DNA of 64,000 bases from Sporopachydermia quercuum (Eukaryota), in contig BCGN01000007.1 in assembly GCA_001599295.1 (NCBI GenBank), positions 384,433 to 448,432 of the forward strand. The letters are read 5' to 3'. This document shows positions 10,692-24,401 of the stretch, piece by piece. Within the stretch, counting starts at the first letter, position 1. Every line of letters starts with the position of its first letter. A model generated the notes under the pieces. That model saw only the letters and a list, made by a program, of their open reading frames with translations. It had not been told where the DNA came from and did not search any database. The position numbers and the translations under genes were made by a program.

Positions 10692-12104
10692 TGTGATTAG
10701 TGCTTTGTTCTTGATGTGAATATAGGCAGATATTCTTTGCTTGTTTGTNTTATTGCTACCTTGCCAGATTAGGAATGCAATTATAAAACTGTCAGTATAA
10801 TCTTTTATGAAGCTATGATTCTTCTGATCAGATACAGCGTGGGCCTGACTGGATTTGTAAGTACTTGGATGACCAGATCAGTTTTAGTCGATTCACTCCT
10901 CTTGTTATCACCTATCAAAGATACCAACAGTTGCTAGGCGGATTTCAAGTCAATTCTCCTATGATTTCATATCCAAATAGAAGTATATACCTGTTTAGAA
11001 AATTCATTAAATCAAGGGTCTGTCATTCATTAATTATATCAAACTATTTACTTGTCAAATCCAATGAAGTTAGATAACTTTCTGATAATTGTATATGTTC
11101 TTGATGATATGGTGAGACACGGTTAGTTTGGTGGAATTTCTTGATTAAGTAATATTTGTGAGGAGTTTCGTGTTTGTAATTCTATGATACATACTGTGGA
11201 AAAATGATGATATAATCTGAAACAGATTATGGGGAATGGTGTTCGCTTCATCTTGAACTTAGGAGTAGTTAACTTTAATCTCAAATGTTAATTTTAAGGC
11301 ACTAAACGTTAATTTCGAGCCCATGAGTTCGAAGATGAGGAAAGTGCAGATTCAAAAGAACATAGAAAGCGTGGTTGTGAAAGAGTGCAAAGTAAGAACA
11401 ACTATTTAGGTCAAATGACCCAGTAGCACCAGAACAACCAGAATACGCGTATTGACTAAATTAATGTTTTCTTGTATATTTAATCCACCCAGAGAAATAC
11501 TTTATCTTTCCTTCTCCAAATAAACTTCGGTATGTGCATGATTGTTGCAGTAACTTTGATGAGTTAAAACCTGTCATCTCAAATGTTTCAATACGATATA
11601 TTATTAATGCAGAGATAGAAAACCCAGGTTTAAATGTATAACTATTTTATTCTAGATATCTGGGTCTTTTTGTTTCATTTCAATTTCTAAATCCTTCGAA
11701 AAGTAACATTCTTCAATGATTCATCCTTCCATCCTTGATGTGATGACCATGCATCTTTAATGCACTTCTCAAACCACTATTTAACATGTATGCCCTTTAT
11801 CTAATCTCTCCATCGCGACATGTTGCCTTTAACTGTCAATTCAACACATTTTAACCCCAAAAGCCTTTTATTCTTGCTCTTGACGTCGTTCACCACTCGA
11901 AACAAAACTTATAAATACCATATAAATTCGCCCTATCTTTTGCTCGCTTATGTACTCCTGTATACATTTTGGTTGATGGAAAAAGCTCACCTAGGAGAGA
12001 TAAATTTTGTATCCTATTATTGTTATAATTTAGTGGTTTATCTCCTTACGAAAAGGATTCGTATCAAGNATTATTATTAGTATTGTATTATATATACCAT
12101 CAGA

Positions 12105-13394
12105 ATGTCTAACGCTACAATCTCATCTGCTCAAGCTATTGAGTATGAAAACGAATACTCGGCTCACAACTATCACCCTTTGCCAGTTGTGTTTCATAAA
12201 GCTTCTGGTGCTCATGTGTGGGATCCTGAAGGAAAGGAGTATCTAGACTTTCTATCGGCATATTCAGCTGTCAATCAAGGTCATTGTCATCCTAAAATTG
12301 TTGAAGCTTTAGTTGAACAAGCTAAGACTCTCACTCTATGCTCGCGTGCTTTCTCGTCAGATGCTTTCAGTTTGTTTGCCAAATATGTTACTGAGTACTT
12401 TGACTATGAAATGGTTCTTCCTATGAACACTGGTGCTGAAGCAGTTGAAACCGCCATCAAGCTTGCAAGAAAATGGGGTTATAAAAAAAAGGGAATCAAG
12501 CCAAACGAAGCAATTGTTCTAGCTGCTACAGAAAATTTCCATGGTAGAACATTAGGAATCATTTCTATGTCTACAGATCCAGAAGCCAAAGATAATTATG
12601 GGCCTTATCTTGAAAATGTGGGACCTGTTATTCCTGGTACTAACAAGCCTTTGAGATACAACAACATTGATGATTTGAAGGAAGCTTTGGATAATGCTGG
12701 GGAGAAAGTTGCTGCTTTCTTAGTTGAGCCTATTCAAGGTGAGGCAGGTATTGTTGTTCCTGATAAAGATTATCTAGCACAAGTTGCAGAACTATGTAAG
12801 AAACACAATGTTTTGTTCATCGCTGACGAAATTCAAACTGGTATTGCAAGAACAGGCAAAATGTTATGTGTGGAACATTCAAATGTCAAACCTGATATTG
12901 TATTGCTAGGTAAAGCTATTTCTGGTGGTGTTATGCCTGTATCTGCTGTTTTATCTTCCAGGGAAATTATGCTATGTATTGAGCCTGGTTCTCATGGCTC
13001 TACATATGGAGGAAATCCTCTTGCTTGCAAGGTTGCCATGGCCGCATTACAAGTAGTGAAAGACGAAGATTTGGTTACTAGAGCTGAAAAACTTGGTAAT
13101 GAGTTGAGAGAAGGGTTGAAACCTTTGTTGAAAACTGGCATTGTTTCTGAGATAAGAGGTAAGGGTCTTCTGGATGCTATTGTTATTGATCACGACAAAA
13201 CTAATGGAAGAACTGCTTGGGATTTATGTTTGTTGATGAAAGATCATGGACTATTGGCTAAACCTACTCATGACAACATTATCAGACTGGCACCACCTTT
13301 GGTAATTTCTGAGGAAGATCTTCAAAGAGGAATTGATATCATTGTGGACTGCGTGGAAAAGTTACCGAATGCTCCTAAGTCCGAAGGTCATTGA
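12105..13394 (+). CDS. CAR2: Ornithine aminotransferase
   Basis: [45 protein letters not shown] (PLP lysine) and [10 protein letters not shown]. Confidence 0.97.
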   Translation: MSNATISSAQAIEYENEYSAHNYHPLPVVFHKASGAHVWDPEGKEYLDFLSAYSAVNQGHCHPKIVEALVEQAKTLTLCSRAFSSDAFSLFAKYVTEYFDYEMVLPMNTGAEAVETAIKLARKWGYKKKGIKPNEAIVLAATENFHGRTLGIISMSTDPEAKDNYGPYLENVGPVIPGTNKPLRYNNIDDLKEALDNAGEKVAAFLVEPIQGEAGIVVPDKDYLAQVAELCKKHNVLFIADEIQTGIARTGKMLCVEHSNVKPDIVLLGKAISGGVMPVSAVLSSREIMLCIEPGSHGSTYGGNPLACKVAMAALQVVKDEDLVTRAEKLGNELREGLKPLLKTGIVSEIRGKGLLDAIVIDHDKTNGRTAWDLCLLMKDHGLLAKPTHDNIIRLAPPLVISEEDLQRGIDIIVDCVEKLPNAPKSEGH

Positions 13395-14225
13395 AGAGAT
13401 ATTTCGTGTAAATAGTTTTGTATTTAGGTATAATATAATGTCTCAACGGATTGAGCATTGAATTGATTTCAATGCTTATCGAAGAACGATGGTTGATTTG
13501 CAACACACTTGGCAATAAAACGATCACTTAAGATAAAACAAAAGGATGATTACGATAAAGAAAATCTTCTTTAGTTCACAGTCGTAGTATTATTTCATTT
13601 CCTTTGTAGGAGATGAGTTTGAAATTTTTTTTTTTTTCTGTCATTTTTTTTTGGACTAGCTGATTGTCATTGGGATTTCTGTGCACTTGCTGAGGTTTCC
13701 ATTATTTCGACCATTGTACAAATTAAATCTTCAACTAGCAAGACATAGAAACGAAGTAGAATTTAATTTTCGGAGTATTCAAGGTCAATTAATGCCATAT
13801 TTGAGCACCCAAGTTGGAATACTAATCACTTTTCTTTTGTTCTCACACTTTCTCACTATTAATATTTCGGAAAAAGTGCTCCACCTAACGATTCAAATGA
13901 AGAAAACCTGAACTCTTCCACGCATATTCGTGCATTTGGATGAACAAATATCTCAACCTGTCCGTAAATAGTTACGTGTAGGTATCTGCACATTGGCTTA
14001 AGGGACAGTCAAAAGTTTCTTTCTGAAAAGTTTCACTTATTATAGGAGTGAACATCTAGTAGGGGATTCTCATTTAATATCAATAGCTTTTTCCTTTGTT
14101 ATTTTAATCTTACCTTACTGATTTGAAGAGACGAAGTTCTTCAATAAATATAATAACCCGGTGTCTCGTGTTTATCAATCTAGGCTATCAAATTGTTGTG
14201 CACGCGGACCTCGAAGAGAACAACA

Positions 14226-15780
14226 ATGGCAGTCGACATTGAAGGTATGTTACTTCTGGAAGGGAGTAAATGGAGGAAGAGAAGAGCAAAGAGTTATGTT
14301 AATGACGAGCAATCAGATGTAGTAAAGGGTATTAAATCTAATGTATATCGAATATATGTCAGATATCCTTTATTTATCTTCATATTATTGTTATGTTTCT
14401 ACCCTGACACCCAAGTAACCACAACAATTTATCAAAGGGTGTTTGGTTCTGATTCCAGTATAACAACTCCAGGACTCAGATGCTCATTTATTAGCCGATT
14501 CTATCTGTTCTAGCTATTCTTATTCTTATTTTGATAGCAATATCTGTTCAATATATTTTTGTTGGCTGCCTGTNCAAATTACAGGAAATTCCTACTACTT
14601 CTTATCACTGTTTCCAGTTCATCTTTCATATTATTTACTAACATCAACAGAGCAAGCAATAAGACAGCGAGTAGCTGTTTCTGATGCTGGCATCAAGAAA
14701 CTTGCGAAAATATGCACTCAAGCTTTAGATTCTAAAGAAGCAAATGAGCTGTAAGTGGTTTCTGTATATCAGTCATGATTTCTCTGAATTCCAGATCACA
14801 GTCTTTCAAGCACACATCGTCTATCACCACCAGTCAGCTCTTTACTAACAACAACCAGCGAACAAATCAATGACACCTTTCGTCTCGAAATTATAAGATA
14901 TCAAGAATATCTGGATAAAGCCCTGTTGCAATTATCAATGAATGAAAATGAACAGAAACGGTATATTGAACAATTGACATCGATAGAAAGGAACACCGAG
15001 AAACTGAAACAGGATACTGTAGTATTACGTGGTAAATTAGAAGAAGCCAAAGTGATTGAAAAGCAAGCAATAGAAATAGAAGAAAANATACAGAAGTTAG
15101 AGAATCCGCAGGAAGTTTTGATGAGGCAGTCAGAAATAAGCATTTTGGTAGCTGATGTTCTAGGTGAAGACAAGACTGAAGATTCAAGGGGAGATTCAGC
15201 AGAACGAGTGGTTGATCCTGATAGCATGGATGTAGATATTTCTGAAAATGAAGCAAATGGGTCGTCAAACATCGATATAGATCAGCCATCAGAAGGAGAA
15301 AATCCACCAGAAAGTGAACGTGGTTATACACCTGTCAGCAATATTATTCCTACAACATCCAACCCGGTATCTGCTAACGGTACCCCGGTACCAGTTTCAA
15401 ATCCAGCAAACCCTGCACCAGATTCAGTTAAGAAGCTGCTGATAAATCTGAAAGACTCTCAACCAACATTACAAGAGTCAATTAAGAACCTACTGGAAGA
15501 AATAGAAGAACTCCGGTCTGTTAACAAGGAATACAACTATAACTGGAAAGACCGTAAGGTGCGATTTTCCAGCATCATGGAAGAATTACATAAGTTTGAA
15601 GAAGAAATCCTAGAAGAAAAGAGAGAGGCTGAAAGACATCAAGGATTGGATATTGAGGAAGAAGAGGAAAACGAGGGTGATGCAGATACGTTACCAGGAA
15701 GTTCTGGAGCATCCGGAACTAATGGTACAAATGATATAGAACATTCAGAAAGTGGTCATGTAACGGAGAATGAAAGGTGA
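14226..15780 (+). CDS. MFT1: THO complex subunit Thoc7/Mft1, 3 exons: 14226-14244, 14651-14750, 14859-15780
   Basis: Introns 14245-14650 (GTATGT..TACTAAC..CAG) and 14751-14858 (GTAAGT..TACTAAC..CAG) join in frame to the 14926 ORF: MAVDIEEQAIRQRVAVSDAGIKKLAK...MNENEQKRY...WKDRKVRFSSIMEEL..FEEEILEEKREAERHQG, a THOC7-like pattern. Confidence 0.75.
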
Positions 15781-17525
15781 AGGATAATTAATGTTGGATG
15801 TAGCAGAGGTTTAATAATCATAAATTTTTAAAACAGAAGCTGAAATCAAAGTGATTAATTGCCAGTAACGTAGAAGGAAAGTTATTGAACCATGTAACGA
15901 AGCTTACATGAAATTTTTCACCATTTCAAACTCGCAAGTATTTCGAAGTTTTTATACAGCAAAAAAAAAGTTTTAGTTTCATCCAATTATCAGATTATTT
16001 TAAAAGCATGTATCTTTTTTTACTGTAACAGATGATTTCGGGAGGTTAGCAATATGAGAATTTTGTATCGTGTGTGTTGAAAGAGGACAATGTGGGTTGC
16101 CAATATGGAACAGAAGTAAAATTCTAGGTCTGACCCTTTTTGGGAATATAGTGCTTTGCCCAAAATGAATCTGCTTATAATAATTACAAATCAAAACAGA
16201 CTAATGAAGATATTTAAGTTTTTCATTCGAAATTGTAATGTTTTTCTACTTTCTATCGTAGCAATGGGAATATCTCGTTGGATACAAGATGCAAGATACC
16301 AGATATGAAGTGTGTGAACTNTAGTAATAATATCATTAATGAGTTCTCTCTTATGTAGTGGGATAATAATAAATGAATTGCATTTGCAAGGATGATTCAA
16401 CTTAATAAATAAAATAAATCAATCATAGACCCACGAAAATACATATATTGTCCCTTATCACCTTTTCTCCTCCTAGTTAGACTGNAATTTTCAATTATGT
16501 TAAATTATTTGATTGTCAGTCACTGTAGAGACGAATACTATCCCCTACAAATACTATGTCTTATCTGCTAAAGATTCCAAAACTATTGATTATTTTAAGA
16601 ACAACAGATACTTCATTGTCCACCGTTTATTGTTCATTGTTCACCCATCAAACGATTTAGGATGATGATCTTTTTTACTTTACGGTTCTCGTCGGAAAAA
16701 TAGGTAGTTTAAGATAAACTCGTTCCGTACTGAAATTATAGGTATATACTATAATAAACTTTCAAACCTTGTTTCGGAAAATCCTATGGATAATTGATGT
16801 GAGGTGTCCATCCATAGCATTAGTAAGTGAGTGATCCTCAGATCTATTTTGTTTGAAGAGTATTCCGTGATTGAATCATTTCATAAGTGAAATATTATGG
16901 ATCGTAGTACTAAAGGGTCTGAAGTTGTTGATATGAAATACTCTACATTATAACAACGTGTACTTGTTATGCCAGTGCCAAGTAGTTATAATATGTTATG
17001 AGATTTCTCTGCTAGATCTGAGAAAATGTTATGTAATCTCCCACCTTCATATAAAACTCTCGTTGCACGTGGATTACGAGATAGAATGGGTAAACTTATG
17101 TTTCCTCAGTCTTATTAGTTAATGCTTGGAGATTGTATTATAAAAGGTACACCACAATCCAGCGTTGAATAGACCAATCGAAGATCAACCGATACCAAGC
17201 ATGGAGGTATTCAATTAACCTATTATATTACCCTATTGTTTGATATTTGAAACGGAGGTAGTTTTTAATGAATACTTTTAAGAACAAAAAAATAAGAAAG
17301 AGCATAAAAGAGACAATAATAATTGCTACTCGAAGGATAAGCGCTGATCCTATTAAAGCTCAGGGAAGAGTTTATTGCTTCTCCATATGAGTTTCCTAAG
17401 TAACAAGTAATAAGTAATCACTAATACTGTATCTCTCAAGTCTTAGCTTTGGTAGCTTAATAATATAGGTACTTTCTATTTACAAATAACAGTTTGCTGC
17501 CGCAAATAGAGCTTAGAAGAAAGCT

Positions 17526-17560
17526 TGGTTATGATAGTAGTAGAACTACTATCATAACCA
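17526..17560. repeat. Perfect 16-bp inverted repeat with a 3-nt loop
   Basis: TGGTTATGATAGTAGT-aga-ACTACTATCATAACCA. Confidence 0.9.
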
Positions 17561-19772
17561 TTACCATATTGATTGATCGCTCCTACAAAGACTAACTGCT
17601 GATAGACGGATCTGGGGTTCTACTATTCTATTTCGAGAAGCAGCGCATCCAGCTCTGCTACAGAACCAAAGAATTTAGATTAAAACTAAAAACTATATCT
17701 GAACACCTTTGCGGTGGTATTCATTTAATACAGGCTTCTATATTTTGTAACCATTTTCTATAACTGGGGCGATCTTTCCATCGTAGTTCCTTGTATCAGG
17801 GGGCAGCCAATTGAAGGTGAACATTCAATGTGAATTATCTTGTACCTAAGGTTTTCGATTAACTTTAAACGCATTGTGGTTAGTTTTCCCAACTTAATAT
17901 TGCGAACAATGGAATCTCGTTTTCAAGGCGTGGGTGGAATGTAATTGAAAACTATTCATTATTACTCCAGCTATTATTACCTGGTTACATTTTCCTTGTT
18001 ACTGTTTAATAATAATTTAATAAGATTTCACACCTGCTCTCACGATATGCAATCTTCAGATTACCACCCAACTAGAATCTTCCATTCAAATGGAGGTCAA
18101 AATTGAATTAAAGTTAATTTAGTCCGCCTGACATCCAACACTTTCAAACTCAATTACCAGCTACTATGAGAGATATGAAATTTTATTAAATCATAAACTC
18201 TTAATTGATGTAGTGATTCACATCACTAAGTACTCAAAATTAGCTCCTTCTTAAGTTTAGTTATTTTACTGGTCCACAACAAGTTAAATCTTATGTAAGC
18301 GTAGAAAAGAATCAACCACTGATTTGGTAGATCTTCAGTTTATTNTGCCTCCAATAAAGCATTTGGTCAGCTATTGCCATAGAAAAAGCCCAAAGTGAAT
18401 CATCCTTGTACAAGATCAATTTAACCAGGTGGTTTCTATTTAATAAGATATTTCTTGAACCAACTTGCTCGCAAACGTCATACAGAAAAATAGATCATAG
18501 ATCAAATCTTCATACAAAATTGAAATTTTCCATTGTTGAACTCGGGGTGGATGCTCCTTTCTAAACTTACGCTAGTCCTCATAAACTTTCTTTTATAGTT
18601 CATTTTTGGCCTGTCTTTTAATCTGATCAACGATCCATTGGCATTGACTGATTACACTCTTTTGCTCAGCAAACTTTACGAAATTATATCTATTATAAAT
18701 ATTTCACTGAAAATTGTATAGAAACCAAGTTTTTCTGATTTCCTACAAGAAAAAACGTTTAGAAAATTGCCTTCTCTCCAGTTATTCTGCCGTCCCGCGT
18801 AACAAGGATGCTTCAGTATACCAATTTCTCACCACAACTGCTTTTAGCTCAGTTNCTACTTAACTTTAAATTCTAACTTTTCCTTCTTCATATCAATCCA
18901 TCACACACTCAGTAACTGCAATAATCTTCCATTATAACAATGAATTGCTGAAGCTTTGTTACATTTATATTTGAATTATTTACTACATCGTATTCTCCTA
19001 CATTTAACTATTCAAATGATACTAATTTCTCAATTAAAGAGCCTATATAACTTTTGGAAATCGTCTCAATCGAAACACCATCCGGGTTTAACTCTAACTT
19101 ACAATCTCGTCCCTATTCCATGCGTATTCACTGCATATTAATAACATAACCATGCTTGTTCCTTTCCAACCAAATAATCGACATATCAGTCCTGCACATT
19201 GATTCTGAAACAAGGCAATCTGTATCCTGTCTCCATTTATACCAATGCGCATTTCACCGCTATCATTATCAACTACAAGCACCACTCCTTATGCTTCTTC
19301 TCGCTTGTCATTCTTCTCTACTAACTATCATCTACCTGATCTACTTCCCCTTCCCTTCCGTACACCTAGGGTTTGTCCTAACCATTTATTTCTCGCATCA
19401 CATAAAACTATGGCACTTCATCATTCTATCTCAATGTTCTCATGGTCTTCAGTCCCTTCTTCTGTACAGTACAACTATCNCATCATGGGCACTCTTCCTC
19501 AGAGTCTTCCTTAATCTTATAATTACATTTCCCTTTGAATCTGACTGCATGGGTAATCTCAATCTCATCTTGCCTCCATCTCTTGTGGTTGTCTTGTATA
19601 AATAACACCTGTCATCCTCCTTGCTGATTTCTTCCTTGGTCTCTCCATACGTATATTTTTCGTGTCTATGTTTCTATTTCTTCCTGTTTAAAATTTATTA
19701 TCCAGTAACTAGTTCCAGTAGCTAATCACGATAAAAAGAAAAACATCTCTAATTCACTCATATATACAATAA

Positions 19773-20792
<1,020 letters not shown>

Positions 20793-20969
20793 ATGCTGGA
20801 GAATGTAGAAAATATATTTAGAAGCTGGTATCGGTTTCGAGTATGTTAGTACCTAATAATTTAAAGTAACGTATACAACAAGTTGTAGATTAGTTAACGA
20901 CTTTGAAAGGAGAGTGACTGGACGAAGTAAATAGACGAAGTAACTGACAGTATCAGTGTAAATGTAGTT

Positions 20970-21001
20970 ACATGAATGTGATGTTCATATCACATTCATG
21001 T
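20970..21001. repeat. 13-bp inverted repeat downstream of GAPDH
   Basis: ACATGAATGTGAT-gttcat-ATCACATTCATGT. Confidence 0.85.
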
Positions 21002-21029
21002 TATATGAAGTTAGAAAATGAAATAAATG

Positions 21030-21305
21030 AGTGGAAACCGTTATATTCCGTTCTTGCTTCCTGTGTGAGAGGATGAGTAGTAAATCACGTGATCTCTTAC
21101 GGGAGTCGGCAAACAGTGCACTCCTGGGAATCACAAGCTTTCACTCCCAACAACTTCGCGCACAGCACAGAATTACGCCGAGGGAGCTTTGCTATAAAAC
21201 ACCGTCATTACTGTGCTGGTTCCATCAGTGGCCAGCTAAGGGACACTGCGATAATGAACCATCTTCTGTAACTAACTGTTATACACTCATCTCTTCGGCT
21301 GCAAT
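21030..21305. ncRNA. Candidate structured non-coding RNA (family and strand unresolved)
   Basis: About 50% GC over 21061-21240 versus about 18% over 21361-21420 (hand count). Four consecutive hairpins are enclosed by a long-range stem. The overlapping ORFs have no recognisable product. Confidence 0.5.
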
Positions 21306-21977
21306 AAATATCAGTATGAAGAGAATGATTGCCTATTTGAAAGATAAAGGCAATATTTGTATGATTATCATATATTTAAGGGAAATTTGTAAAATATTAA
21401 ATCGTAATACGTTTTATGTAAAGTTGAATAGCTGCGAATCAGCCCAATCAACCAAATCTTGACGCATATGCATCATAGTTGCAAGCACTTGGGAAATGAT
21501 CTTTTATGAAGTATTAAGAGAATGAAGATTTACAGTGAACTAATATAAACATAGTCATAATAATTGTAATGAAAGTATTAATTGTATTACATTTATCCTA
21601 ATTGTTTCAATTGTTTTAATCGTATTAGTTAATGTTTATGTTTATGTGTATGTTTGTTGTGAGGATCTCTTAGTATCAGAAGCAGATCGTACTCTCATAT
21701 AACAATTACAAACTGCTTACTGCTATTGTCCACTCTTGATATTTGATTGATGATAGCACGAATCTTGTTAAATAGAGTTCTCTGTATTATCAAAATCTAT
21801 GTAATTGTCTTTATAATATAATAAATAATGTATAATAACTATAAGTATAAATATCCCATCCCAGTGTACCAGTGTACGATATATGAAGCAGAAACGGCCA
21901 ACACCAGTGAGTAAACCCAGTTAGTAAACTCCAAGATATTATTCGTAATCTTCTCTGGCTCTATTTTTACCATGTCG

Positions 21978-24401
21978 TTAACACCAGGTGAAAACAGGAG
22001 GTTTACTGGTAACAGCTTGTAACCTCTCTACAATGACCCGCTTCGATGCCAGTTCTGTTCCTTCTGCAAAGCCGAATCCTGTATTATTAATATGATCGCC
22101 GGCTATGGTAATCGCGCTTTTACTAGGGGCATTGTTATTCGCATTCCCACTTCCGTTTTCACTTCCAGTCTCATTATTATCTTTCAATCTTTCATTAAGC
22201 CTTTCTCTTCTATTTCGTTTGCTGTTCTTATTTCCATTAATATTACCAGCCGCCAGATGTTCTTCTCTATCGCTGATCAATTCATCCCAAACTGAAGAAG
22301 GGGACGTAATAGGAACAGATGATGCAGCAACAGTAGCACCAGTAGGAACACTGTTAGCATAAACCGCACCACCAGAATCGACATCCTTATTAGCAGCAGA
22401 ATCATCATAAAATCCATCTTCTTGCTGTATATCTCTATACCTTTCTAGCCATTCTGAGCTTCCTTTCACTCTTCTACCTTTGCTAGCCTTTGCATGAGCT
22501 TTATGGATTAAATCGTGATCGGTAACAACTCTCCATTCATCTTTATGCTGTAAAGGTGTGTTAATGGCATTAGATACTACAGCAGGTGGCACATGAACCG
22601 GAACATCCATTTCGTCGTCCCAGACCATTACTCTGGGTCTTCTAGCTAATTCTAATGGCCCTTGGTCGTTCGATTTCAATGTTTCGACTACATTGAACGC
22701 CTGTCCTTTCATCAATGCCCATTGCTTTTTCCACATGCGTTCTTTGAAATCAGCATCACGAGCAAACAGTTCCCGAAACATAATGGCTGCTTCTTCCCAC
22801 CAAGCAGTTGAACAAAGCAACGGTAGAAATTCTTTCTTTGTAGTTTCAGAAAATGGGTCACCAATGATGGAAAGCGGTAGAAATAACCATCCAAAGGGAT
22901 AAGATCTCCATTCATCAGGATGTTTCCAAGGAAATGACAATCCGCTATCAATGGCACCAATTTTCAGTTTGGGGACTTTTCTAAATGTTCTATTGGCATA
23001 TGAAGAGGCAGCTGCATCAGCTGTAGCTTCAGAAAAATTAACACCACTTTCAGCAGGATCTTCTTCAATCACAGTTTCCCATTCGATCTTAATCATCCAG
23101 TTATCCAATCCTCGGTCGGTATTTCTCATTATGTAATCAAGAATCACCAGTTTTTCTAGTTCTATCCGAAACTGCTTCAGCACTTCAGGTGTCCATTTGA
23201 ACTCTGCATGCTCATCAAGATTGATCAATTGACCTTCGACGTCACTGTAGGTGTTTTCAGCAAAGACTTCTTCAGGAATTGGTGTAATATTGCTACTGGT
23301 GGATCTATTTCCATTGATCCTGTGATTGCTAGTAGCACCGTCATCTCGAAAGCTCTCGTGGGTACTGCTGCCCCAAAAGATACCATTCTTATTACCATCA
23401 GGCAATGGATACCTTCTGAAAAACTTATCTGCTTCTTCATAACCTTCTAGAAACAGTTGAAAACTGCCAACTTTCCTTCGTAAGGGTGAATGTTTAAACC
23501 ATCTTTTCTGTTTATCGCAAAATGTGTAGTAGAACGCATCAGAAGATAAATATACAGTGTCTGTAAAAGGTACTATGTATGTACGTAGATGTCTATCAAG
23601 AAGACTAGCCGCTGCTTCGGATGTGTACCCATTATTAGGTATTAGACAACTTCTGCCAAAGAAACAAGGAAACAGGTTTCTATGCAGCCATTTGGTCCAT
23701 TTAGGACTCAAGGGACCATATGGTTCTTCGTCTTGAGGTTTGAACACTCCTGCTATATGTCCTCTTGTATTATAAACGAAGTAAGAACCTGAAGAACCAG
23801 CTTTAATACGCTTTGGCTTAATTCCCGAATCTATAGCTTCAATACAATCGTCGATAATGCTATCAAATTCAGCTTTTGTAGTAGGTCCACCATCTAGAAA
23901 GCCTCCATAAGGTAACATGCGTAGAGCACGAACTCCGGGTGGAGCTCGAAATACGGAATAATATATTTCTGTTGGTTTACCTTCCATCTCGCTAGACGGC
24001 AATACGTACCAGCTTTTAGGGAATGTAGATGAGACTTTATGTGAGAGATCTTTCGTCCATTTGCCTATTGTTTCATTAATCGATCTTAACGACATAATAG
24101 ACTTTGATCGCTGACGACCTGTATGGTCTGTAGGTGTTTTGAAATCAACATTGGTATTGCCAGAAGTAACATTGTGATTGGGTGGACTGGCGGCATCGCC
24201 AACTGGTTGTTCATATTGTGCGTTTGCTGTATTAGCAAGAGGATGAGAAGTGATCACACGACCCCGCGGAGGGTCCATATACGAAGCAAACGGGTTTCCA
24301 TCCTCATAATTGATACTATTGTCAAGAGTGTTCAACTCATTGCTCAACAGATGATCATAGCCTGTTTCCACTGTCTGCTTTTTGTTGGATTTCTTAGCCA
24401 T
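21978..24401 (-). CDS. LSB6: Type II phosphatidylinositol 4-kinase Lsb6
   Basis: GSSGSYFV, VFKPQDEEPYGPLSPKW, LDYIMRNTDRGLDNW, AIDSGLSFPWKHPDEWR and the C-terminal PVFTWC. Confidence 0.95.
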   Translation of the reverse strand: MAKKSNKKQTVETGYDHLLSNELNTLDNSINYEDGNPFASYMDPPRGRVITSHPLANTANAQYEQPVGDAASPPNHNVTSGNTNVDFKTPTDHTGRQRSKSIMSLRSINETIGKWTKDLSHKVSSTFPKSWYVLPSSEMEGKPTEIYYSVFRAPPGVRALRMLPYGGFLDGGPTTKAEFDSIIDDCIEAIDSGIKPKRIKAGSSGSYFVYNTRGHIAGVFKPQDEEPYGPLSPKWTKWLHRNLFPCFFGRSCLIPNNGYTSEAAASLLDRHLRTYIVPFTDTVYLSSDAFYYTFCDKQKRWFKHSPLRRKVGSFQLFLEGYEEADKFFRRYPLPDGNKNGIFWGSSTHESFRDDGATSNHRINGNRSTSSNITPIPEEVFAENTYSDVEGQLINLDEHAEFKWTPEVLKQFRIELEKLVILDYIMRNTDRGLDNWMIKIEWETVIEEDPAESGVNFSEATADAAASSYANRTFRKVPKLKIGAIDSGLSFPWKHPDEWRSYPFGWLFLPLSIIGDPFSETTKKEFLPLLCSTAWWEEAAIMFRELFARDADFKERMWKKQWALMKGQAFNVVETLKSNDQGPLELARRPRVMVWDDEMDVPVHVPPAVVSNAINTPLQHKDEWRVVTDHDLIHKAHAKASKGRRVKGSSEWLERYRDIQQEDGFYDDSAANKDVDSGGAVYANSVPTGATVAASSVPITSPSSVWDELISDREEHLAAGNINGNKNSKRNRRERLNERLKDNNETGSENGSGNANNNAPSKSAITIAGDHINNTGFGFAEGTELASKRVIVERLQAVTSKPPVFTWC

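Noticed and set aside
14245..14650. Intronic C/D snoRNA in THOC7 intron 1
   Set aside because: Only a degenerate C box (ATGACGA); no terminal stem or rRNA-complementary guide was recognised.
21031..21462. 143-aa ORF as a protein gene
   Set aside because: GTG start and no recognisable motifs; better explained by the GC-rich structured island.
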